From NCBI GenBank assembly GCA_963754315.1, contig CAVWFS010000018.1:512001-576000 (forward strand): a DNA stretch of 64,000 nt. Reading direction: 5' to 3'. The DNA is from an uncultured Candidatus Rokubacteria bacterium. Its GTDB lineage: Bacteria; Methylomirabilota; Methylomirabilia; Rokubacteriales; CSP1-6. The position numbers and the translations under genes are program-made. The notes below the pieces were generated by a model that saw only the letters and a program-made list of their open reading frames with translations, had not been told where the DNA came from and did no database searches. This document shows positions 18,491 through 26,253 of this stretch, one piece after another; within the stretch, counting starts at the first letter, position 1; each line of letters starts with the position of its first letter.

Positions 18491-19462
18491 ATGAAAGCCG
18501 TGCGCATCCATGCCCCCGGCGGCCCCGACACCCTGCGATACGAGGACGTTCCCGAGCCCACGCCCAAGCCCGGCCACGCCGTGGTCAAGGTTGACGCGGC
18601 CGGTCTCAACTACATCGACGTGTACTACCGCGCGGGCCAGTACAAGGCTGAGTTGCCCATGACGCTTGGTATGGAGGCGGCCGGCACCGTGGCCGCCGTC
18701 GGCGCCAACGTGAGCGAGGTCAAGGTCGGCGACAAGGTGGCCTACACGGGAACACCCGGCGCTTACGCTGAACTCGCGCTCGTACCGGCTGACCGGTTAA
18801 TCGTCCTACCGGCAGGGCTCAGTACCAAGCAGGGAGCGGCGGCCATGCTCCAGGGCATGACCGCCCATTATCTGGCCTGCACCACGTGGCCGCTCAAGGG
18901 CGGCGAGACCTGCCTCGTTCACGCGGCGGCAGGCGGGGTGGGCCTTCTCCTGTGCCAGATCGCGAAGATGCGGGGGGCGCGAGTCATCGGCACCGTCTCG
19001 ACAGAGGACAAAGCAAAGCTCGCCCGCGAGGCGGGCGCCGACGAGGTCATCCTCTACACGGCGCAGGACTTTGCAGAGGAGATCAAGCGGCTGACGGGGG
19101 GCCGGGGGCTCCAGGTCGTGTACGATTCCGTAGGCAAAGACACGTTCGACAGGGGCTTTGCCTGCCTAGCGGCGCGCGGGATGATGGTGCTGTACGGTCA
19201 GTCGAGCGGACCAGTGGGGCCGTTCGATGTGGCCCGGCTCGCCGCCGGCGGCTCTCTGTTTCTCACCCGTCCCAGCCTGGTTTCCTACACGGCGGCTCGG
19301 GCCGAACTCGTCCAGCGCGCCGGCGAGGTGCTCGGCTGGATTCGCGATGGGAAGCTCAAGCTCCGCACGGAGTTTGAGTTCGCGTTGAAGGACGCGGCGG
19401 AAGCTCACCGCGCGCTAGAGGGACGGCGAACGACGGGCAAGGTGCTCCTGATTCCCAAGTGA
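18491..19462 (+). CDS. qor: NADPH:quinone oxidoreductase (zeta-crystallin family)
   Basis: GLNYID, HAAAGGVG, YDSVG, YGQSSG, GSLFLTRP, TTGKVLL; TGcTATAAT upstream and GGAGG RBS. Confidence 0.92.
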   Translation: MKAVRIHAPGGPDTLRYEDVPEPTPKPGHAVVKVDAAGLNYIDVYYRAGQYKAELPMTLGMEAAGTVAAVGANVSEVKVGDKVAYTGTPGAYAELALVPADRLIVLPAGLSTKQGAAAMLQGMTAHYLACTTWPLKGGETCLVHAAAGGVGLLLCQIAKMRGARVIGTVSTEDKAKLAREAGADEVILYTAQDFAEEIKRLTGGRGLQVVYDSVGKDTFDRGFACLAARGMMVLYGQSSGPVGPFDVARLAAGGSLFLTRPSLVSYTAARAELVQRAGEVLGWIRDGKLKLRTEFEFALKDAAEAHRALEGRRTTGKVLLIPK

Positions 19463-19534
19463 TGTGAGCCCGCGCCTGTCTGCGCTACAATTGACGCGGG
19501 ACGATATAAGCCGTCGAGGGCGAGAGGTGCGACC

Positions 19535-20497
19535 ATGACGCGTCGAACAGTGCTATCCATGCTAGCCATCATGCTGTTCGCCGTCCTTGCCGTCGAGACG
19601 GCCGAGGTGTGGGCGCGCGCCGGCGGGGGAGGGAGTCGTGGCTCGCGCTCGTACTCGGCCCCCGCCCGTCCTGCCCCGCAGAGCCCCGGTGTGCCGTCGA
19701 GCCCCTCTCGAAACTTCAATCAGCCCGGCCCCGCTCCACAGCAGCGCTCGGGGTTGTTCGGGGGTCTCATGGGCGGCCTTGCTGGATTCGCCCTGGGGGG
19801 GCTACTCGGCAGTTTGCTCTTCGGCGGACTGGGGCACGGGTTCGGCATCGGACTGATGGACCTCCTCCTGATCGGGGGCGGCATTTTCCTCTTGATGGCC
19901 GTGCTACGTCGGCGGCGTGCTAACTTGCCGCAGCCGGCCTATGCCACGGCAGGCGCCTATGGGTCTGGCGCCTATGGCACCGATGTGGGAATGGGGGCGT
20001 CACGCTACGGGGGTGGCGCCGCCACCATGGAACCGCCCCCGGCGCCGACGGATCTCGAGCGGGGCCTCGGGCATATCCGCCAAATGGATCCGGGCTTCGA
20101 CCCGGATGCGGTTGCCATCATGGCCCGCAACGCGTTCGTCGAGGTTCAGCAAGGAATCGCGGCGCGCAACGTGAGTCGGCTGCGGGACCGCGTCGCCCCC
20201 GAGATGTACACGGTGCTTCAAGCACAGTGCGACCGGCTGCAAGGGGCACGACAGAGCAATCGTCTCGAGCAGATCCAGATCACGCGGGCTGACGTCAGTG
20301 AAGCGTGGCAAGAGAACGGGCGCGACTACGTGACCGTCTGCGTCGGAGCATCCATGCTGGACTACATCGTCGACGATGCCACGGGTGGGCTCGTAGAAGG
20401 CTCGCGGAGTGTGCCCCAGCACGTCGAGGAGTTCTGGACGTTTGCGCGCCCGGTGGGTGCCCGCGCCTGGCAGCTGTCGGCTATCCAGACGGGGTAG
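19535..20497 (+). CDS. Tim44 domain-containing membrane protein
   Basis: ARAGGGGSRGSRS, Gly-rich TM segment, DPGFD, EEFWTFARP...WQLSAIQ. Confidence 0.88.
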   Translation: MTRRTVLSMLAIMLFAVLAVETAEVWARAGGGGSRGSRSYSAPARPAPQSPGVPSSPSRNFNQPGPAPQQRSGLFGGLMGGLAGFALGGLLGSLLFGGLGHGFGIGLMDLLLIGGGIFLLMAVLRRRRANLPQPAYATAGAYGSGAYGTDVGMGASRYGGGAATMEPPPAPTDLERGLGHIRQMDPGFDPDAVAIMARNAFVEVQQGIAARNVSRLRDRVAPEMYTVLQAQCDRLQGARQSNRLEQIQITRADVSEAWQENGRDYVTVCVGASMLDYIVDDATGGLVEGSRSVPQHVEEFWTFARPVGARAWQLSAIQTG

Positions 20498-20516
20498 ACC
20501 GACCGTGCTCTGAGCC

Positions 20517-22127
20517 GTGAAGCGTCTCGCCCTGTGGGGTGGCGCGATCGCGGCGTTTTTCGTCGTTGTCGCGCTCGCGGTCGCGCTCCTGCTACCCTAC
20601 CTGGTCGACCTACCGCGGGTGCGAGGTCTCATCGCGAGTAGCGCCAGCCAGGCCCTCGGGCGCCCCGTACGCTTTACCTCAATGGTGGTCCGCCTGTTCC
20701 CGTTGCCCGCCATCGAGCTGCGCGGTCTGGAGGTGGCGGAGGATCCCCGCTTTGGGAAGGTTCCCTTCGTTACCCTGGAACGGGGACGCCTGCGTCTGCG
20801 CCTGTCCCCGTTGCTCCAGGGACGCGTCGAGTTCAGCGGTCTGCTCTTGAAGCGTCCGCTGATCAGGCTGGTGGAGGGTTCCGACGGGCGCCTGAACGTG
20901 GCGAGCCTGGGGGTGGTACGTGATGCGGCCGGTGCCCTGCGATCCCCGGTGCCTGCTCGCGAGTCCCGAGGGAGCGACTCCGCGACCACGGTCTCGCTCC
21001 TGGCGGCGGGAGTCGTCGTGGAAGACGCTGAACTCGTCTATCTTCCACGTCACCTTGCCGGCGAGTATCGGGTGAGCGGTCTCGACATTCGACTGCGTGG
21101 GTCTGGCTCTATTCTTAGCGTCGAGGGCAAGGGCGTATTGTCACCCGGCGATGTGGTCGTGCAGCTTATCGGGGGAAGCCTGGACCTCGGCGGTATACGC
21201 TCGCTGAGCGAGGCGCCTCTCGGTGGCACGATCACACTTGAGACGGGCGCGCTGGGCTCCCTCGGCGGGCTGCTACGGGCCTCCGGGCTCGGCGTGAGCG
21301 GGGGGATCCGAGCCACCTTCAAGCTCGCTGGTGTTCTCGGCTCTCCCCAGGCCTCGGGCGAGGTGATGCTCCCGCAACTGGCGCTAAGTCGGACGAGCCG
21401 GTCGTGCGTGCCGCCCGACCGGACGCTCGCTTTCGAGAGTATCGCCATCACCGCGAGCCTGGACGAGCATCGAGTCCAGGCGACGCCCATTACCGCCAGA
21501 ATTGGCGGTGGCTCCTTGCGGGCAAACGCCACCTTGGCGCCGGACAGCGGGCTTCTCGTCACCTTGGCCGATGTCAGCGTCCGTGGGGTCCCGGTGGAGC
21601 GCGTGCTCGTCGACTTCCTGTGTGACGGGTATGCGGTGACGGGGTCTCTCGACCTGACCGGGATGCTGGCCTTTCAGGCGGCCGACGCCAGCGGTTCCCT
21701 GTCCGGAGCGGGCCGCTTTGCCGTCGGCCGCGGGCGGGTGGTGGGTGCGCAGGCCGTAAAGCTTTTCGGTGACGTGCTCAAGGTCAGCGAGACAGTCGCC
21801 GCCGTTTTGGGGGAGGACGTGGCCTCGCCCCTGGAATTCGAGTCCATCACGGGAACCTATCGCGTCGCCAACGGTGTGGCCACCTCGCGGGATCTTCTCT
21901 ATACAGGCCGGGGGTTCAGCGTGATGGCGGCCGGCGAGTACGCGTTCGTCCACGACGGCCTCAACGTCGACATGGTGGTTCGGCATCGGCGGGGCCAGGT
22001 AAAGGCTCGGATCACGGGGACGGCGTCGGCGCCCGCACTTCAGGTGGACGTGGCCGGCGCCCTGCGCGAGGTCGAGACCCGGGGACTCGAGCGCGATCTC
22101 CGAAATCTTCTCAAGCGCTTTCGATAG
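20517..22127 (+). CDS. AsmA-family (bridge-like lipid transfer) protein
   Basis: N-terminal TM, ALGRPV, LRLSPLLQGRVEF, C-terminal FESITGTYRVANGVATSRDL. Confidence 0.8.
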   Translation: MKRLALWGGAIAAFFVVVALAVALLLPYLVDLPRVRGLIASSASQALGRPVRFTSMVVRLFPLPAIELRGLEVAEDPRFGKVPFVTLERGRLRLRLSPLLQGRVEFSGLLLKRPLIRLVEGSDGRLNVASLGVVRDAAGALRSPVPARESRGSDSATTVSLLAAGVVVEDAELVYLPRHLAGEYRVSGLDIRLRGSGSILSVEGKGVLSPGDVVVQLIGGSLDLGGIRSLSEAPLGGTITLETGALGSLGGLLRASGLGVSGGIRATFKLAGVLGSPQASGEVMLPQLALSRTSRSCVPPDRTLAFESIAITASLDEHRVQATPITARIGGGSLRANATLAPDSGLLVTLADVSVRGVPVERVLVDFLCDGYAVTGSLDLTGMLAFQAADASGSLSGAGRFAVGRGRVVGAQAVKLFGDVLKVSETVAAVLGEDVASPLEFESITGTYRVANGVATSRDLLYTGRGFSVMAAGEYAFVHDGLNVDMVVRHRRGQVKARITGTASAPALQVDVAGALREVETRGLERDLRNLLKRFR

Positions 22128-22139
22128 CGGCTCGACGAA

Positions 22140-22961
22140 TCAACGCGCCCCCCAGAAGCGCCCGCTCCCCAGCTTGCCTTGGTCGACCAGGGCCAGGAGG
22201 TATGCGTAGAGCTGGTCGTACTCGTGATAGCGCGCTTCTCCCAGCCGGGTGACCAGGTCATGGCGAAGGCTGCGATAGCGGGCGACCCGATGTCGCAGGA
22301 TCGCTCGCCACTCTGCGGTGAGGTCTTCCGCCTCCGTCCACGCAAAGCCAGCGTGCCGCAGCAGGAGCGGATAGCTGGCCAGTGTCTGCAGGCTGGTGGC
22401 GGCCATCCACTCGCGAAGGCGCTCGCGCTCTCGATCCGCCAGTCGAGGGTGGGCGATCCAGTCGGTGAAGGCCAAGCGGCCGCCCGGACGGAGTACGCGG
22501 CAGCAGCCCGCCAGGGTGGTCGCCTTGTCCGCGATGTGCAGAAGCGCCTCCTGACTGATACAGGCGTCGAAGGTCGAATCGGCAAACGGCAATTGCTGGG
22601 CATCGCCACGTATCAGCCTCACGCGTCCGGCGAGGCCGACCCGCCGCGTCAGTCGTGCCCCGCCCGCCACGCGGTTCGCGTTGACCTCGAGGGCGACGAC
22701 TCGGCACGCGCGACGACTGGCCAGGAAGCGAGCCGGGCCCCCGAGCCCGGCCCCGAGGTCAAGGGTCCGTGATCCCGTCGTGATGCGAGCACGGTCGGCC
22801 AGCGCCTCCACGGCCCCTAGGCCTCCGTAGTGATCCTGGTCGAACTCCAATAGATCGTTGACACTCAGCGTCCCCTCCATCCCGCCCCGCCTGCGGGCGA
22901 CGGCGGCCAGGACCTGCGCTTCGCTGATCGGATGACGGTTGTAAAAGTCGAGAATGTCCAT
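22140..22961 (-). CDS. Class I SAM-dependent methyltransferase (sarcosine/dimethylglycine N-methyltransferase-like)
   Basis: DQDHYGG, LDLGAGLGGPAR, GDAQQLPFADSTFD, LRPGG; start ATG 22961. Confidence 0.8.
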   Translation of the reverse strand: MDILDFYNRHPISEAQVLAAVARRRGGMEGTLSVNDLLEFDQDHYGGLGAVEALADRARITTGSRTLDLGAGLGGPARFLASRRACRVVALEVNANRVAGGARLTRRVGLAGRVRLIRGDAQQLPFADSTFDACISQEALLHIADKATTLAGCCRVLRPGGRLAFTDWIAHPRLADRERERLREWMAATSLQTLASYPLLLRHAGFAWTEAEDLTAEWRAILRHRVARYRSLRHDLVTRLGEARYHEYDQLYAYLLALVDQGKLGSGRFWGAR

Positions 22962-23036
22962 GGGTCCGTGCCTTGAAGGGGCCCGGGACCTATGATAGAA
23001 GAAGCCGTTCTCAACCGACCGCGGCGAGGGGAGCGT

Positions 23037-24167
23037 ATGAGCAGCGAGTTCAAGGCTGGCCTCGAGGATGTCGTCGTTTCGACGTCGGAAATTTGTTTCA
23101 TCGACGGACGCGAGGGGCGTCTTCTCTACCGTGGCTTCGACGTGAACGATCTGGTAGAGCATTCGACCTTCGAGGAGGTCGTCTATCTTTTGTGGCATGG
23201 AGCGCTGCCAACCCGGAAGGAGCTCGACGCGCACACCAAGGCGCTGGCCGCTACCGCCACCCGCCGGCTGCCGGCGAAGCTCATCGATATGCTACGACTG
23301 CTTCCCCGGCGGACGACGCCGATGGAGGTGCTGCGTACCGGCGTGTCGGCTCTCTCGGCCTTCGATCCGGAGCCGGGCGACAACTCGCGCGAAGCCTCCC
23401 TTCGCAAGGCTCTGCGGCTGACGGCGCAGATTCCCACCCTGGTGGCGGCCTGGGAGCGCATCCGGCGCGGCAAGCCGCTCATCGCGCCGAATCCGCGCCT
23501 TAACCTGGCCGCCAATTTTCTGACGATGCTTACCGGCAAGATTCCGAGCCCATTGGCGGTGAAGACGTTCGACGTCGCGCTCATTCTCCATGCGGATCAC
23601 GAGTTCAATGCCTCCACGTTCGCCGCCCGCGTCACCGCCGCGACCCTGTCCGATATGAACTCAGCCATCACCTCGGCCATCGGAGCTCTCAAGGGCCCGC
23701 TCCACGGTGGGGCCAACGAGCAAGTGATGCTCATGGTCGAAAAGATCAAATCCCCAGCCAGGGCCGACGCGTGGATCCGCAAGGCCCTGGCCGACAAGGC
23801 ACGGGTCATGGGCTTCGGCCATCGCGTGTATCGCGTCGAAGATCCGCGCGCCAAGCACCTGCGCCGACTGGCGACCGAGCTCGGCCAACAGGCCGGGAAC
23901 ACCGCCTACGTCGACATTCTGAACACGGTGGTCCGCGTGGTGGGCGAAGAGAAAGGAATTTTCCCCAACGTCGACCTCTACTCTGGAGCGGCCTACACCA
24001 TCATGGGCCTCCCGACCGATCAGTTCACACCTGTCTTCGCCATTAGCCGGGTCGCGGGATGGTCGGCTCACGTCCTGGAGCAGCACGCCAACAATCGCCT
24101 GATCCGCCCCCGCGCCGAATACACCGGACCTACCCACGCCACCTACATTCCCATCGATCGCCGCTAG
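23037..24167 (+). CDS. Citrate/2-methylcitrate synthase
   Basis: LHADHEFNASTF, GPLHGGA, MGFGHRVY, FPNVD, RLIRP. Confidence 0.93.
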   Translation: MSSEFKAGLEDVVVSTSEICFIDGREGRLLYRGFDVNDLVEHSTFEEVVYLLWHGALPTRKELDAHTKALAATATRRLPAKLIDMLRLLPRRTTPMEVLRTGVSALSAFDPEPGDNSREASLRKALRLTAQIPTLVAAWERIRRGKPLIAPNPRLNLAANFLTMLTGKIPSPLAVKTFDVALILHADHEFNASTFAARVTAATLSDMNSAITSAIGALKGPLHGGANEQVMLMVEKIKSPARADAWIRKALADKARVMGFGHRVYRVEDPRAKHLRRLATELGQQAGNTAYVDILNTVVRVVGEEKGIFPNVDLYSGAAYTIMGLPTDQFTPVFAISRVAGWSAHVLEQHANNRLIRPRAEYTGPTHATYIPIDRR

Positions 24168-24281
24168 GCGCGTGGCGGCGCCTCGGGGACGGGGCGGGAA
24201 CGCCCCGAGGGGAGAGGCCGGCCGTGCCAGTGCCTTCTGGGCGCGGCCGGCGGCCTTCCTTGGGGTGACCCATCCGCGGTG

Positions 24282-24724
24282 ATGGCCATGCTACGCATCG
24301 GGCGGCGCCGGAGGACGTCGAGGACTGGTCGGTGGCGGTCATCACCTTCGAGGATGGCACCAAGGCTACGATTCACGCGAACGACGTTACCCTGGGCGGC
24401 GTCCGCAACAGCGTGACGGCTTACCTCTCCAATGCCGTCATCCAGGCCAATCTCACCCCCAACACAGCGGTGGTAGCCTACACGCCGGAGGCGGCCGTAT
24501 GGGGAGAGGCGTACATCACTGAGAAAGTCGAGACCAAGGCGGGCTGGCAGTATCCCAGTCCGGAGGAAGACTGGATGCGAGGATATCCGCAGGAGCTCGA
24601 GGATTTTGTGGATGCCATCCGTGATGGCCGACCTCCACGTTCCGGGGCGGCCCTAGCGCGCGACGTGGTGGAAGTGATCTACGCCGGCTATCTCTCGGCG
24701 GCTACCGGACGTCGGTGGAGCTAA
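24282..24724 (+). pseudogene. Gfo/Idh/MocA oxidoreductase with large internal deletion
   Basis: MAMLRIG start joined out of frame to C-terminal part EDVEDWSVAVITFEDGTKA...GYPQELEDFVDAI...ARDVVEVIYAGYLSAATG; the Rossmann domain is missing. Confidence 0.7.
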
Positions 24725-24731
24725 CCGATCC

Positions 24732-25608
24732 ATGATTCCCTTCGCGAAGGGCCACGGGCTCGGCAACGACTATCTCGTCATTGACCAGGCGAACCTCCCG
24801 GGTCCGCTGTCAGAACGGGCGATTGTCCGGATCTGTGACCGCAACTGGGGGGTCGGGTCCGATGGCATCCTTTTGCTCGTGCCCAGCCCGCGGGCGGCGT
24901 TCGGGCTTCGAATCTTCAACCCCGACGGCAGCGAGGCGGAGAAGTCGGGCAACGGGTTGCGCATCTTTGCCAAGTACCTGCGGGACCATGGGTACGCGCG
25001 AACCCCGACCTTCACGGTGGACACCAAAGGCGGACTGGTGGAGTGCGAGTGTCGCGAGGAGGCCGGTCGGGTCACCTTCGTCACTGTGGAGATGGGGCAT
25101 GCGACCTTCCGGAGCCGCCGATATTCCCATGAACGGCGTGGCGGAGGAGGCGGTGGGCGTGCCGCTCGTGCTGTCGGGAGGCCCGCGGCTCACCGTGACC
25201 GCCGTATCGGTCGGGAACCCGCACTGCGTTATCTTTCGCGACCAGCTGGACGAAGCGGAGGTCAAGCACCTGGGCGCGGCCATCGAGCGTCACCCGGCCT
25301 TTCCCCACCGTACCAACGTCCAGTTTGCCCGCGCGCGCGGGCGCGACGTGGTGGAGATCATGATCTGGGAACGCGGCGCGGGGTGGACGCTCGCCTCTGG
25401 GTCCTCGTCCTGTGCCGCGGCCGCGGCCGCCGTGCGGAACGGTCTCAGCGACCACGGGAGAATCCGCGTGGGCATGCCGGGCGGCGAGCTGATCGTGCAC
25501 GTGCGAGGGGACTGGTCGTTACGGCTGGAGGGCCCAGTGGAAGAGGTGTGCACCGGCGTCCTCAGCGCCGAGTTCGCCGAGGCCTACCTCTCGGCCTCGA
25601 CAGCGTGA
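24732..25608 (+). CDS. dapF: Diaminopimelate epimerase family, Ser/Ser variant; frameshift near 25113
   Basis: KGHGLGNDY, GVGSDG, FNPDGSEAEKSGNGLR, then frame change to VGNPHCV, FPHRTNVQF, WERGAGWTLASGSS. Confidence 0.85.
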
Positions 25609-26189
25609 AGCGCGTCTGTGTCTTCTGCGGATCGAATCCCGGACTTCGCACGGAGTACGCCGAGGCTGCCCGAGGGCTGGCGCGCGAGATTGTAGAGCGC
25701 AAGCTGGGCCTGGTATACGGGGGCGGCTCGGTGGGACTCATGGGTGCTCTCGCCGATGCAGCCCTCGCCGCAGGGGGAGAGGTCATCGGCGTCATTCCTC
25801 GTCCTCTGGCCACGCGCGAGCTGGCCCATCGGCATCTCAGCGAGATACGCCTTGTCGAGAGCATGCACGAGCGCAAGGCCACGATGGCCGCTCTCGTTGA
25901 TGGCTTCATCACCCTTCCTGGCGGGCTCGGCACGTTCGAGGAGACATTGGAAATCTTGACGTGGGCGCAGCTCGGCATCCATCTGAAGCCGGTGGGCATC
26001 CTGGACGTGCTCGGCTACTACGAGGGGTTGCGGCGCTTTCTCGGCCACGCCGAGCGCGAGGGATTCGTCCGGCCTGAGCACGCCGCCTTGTTGCTCTTTT
26101 CCCCCTCGGCCCCAGAACTCCTCGACACGATGGCACGGTGGCGACCGCCCGGGATCCGGCGAGCCTGGCTCGGACCCCGTCAGAGCTGA
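25605..26189 (+). CDS. LOG family nucleotide phosphoribohydrolase (TIGR00730-like)
   Basis: VCVFCGS, LVYGGGSVGLMG, MHERK, LPGGLGTFEE. Confidence 0.92.
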   Translation: MKRVCVFCGSNPGLRTEYAEAARGLAREIVERKLGLVYGGGSVGLMGALADAALAAGGEVIGVIPRPLATRELAHRHLSEIRLVESMHERKATMAALVDGFITLPGGLGTFEETLEILTWAQLGIHLKPVGILDVLGYYEGLRRFLGHAEREGFVRPEHAALLLFSPSAPELLDTMARWRPPGIRRAWLGPRQS

Positions 26190-26253
26190 GGAGCGAGTCC
26201 GGATCCTCTCGGCAATCTCGCCCTCGGTGGGGCCCCCGACCACGAAGGGTTCA

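Noticed and set aside
24732..26189. 485-aa DapF-LOG fusion ORF in the track
   Set aside because: The middle is out-of-frame nonsense; one indel near 25113 restores separate dapF and LOG genes with a GTGA overlap.
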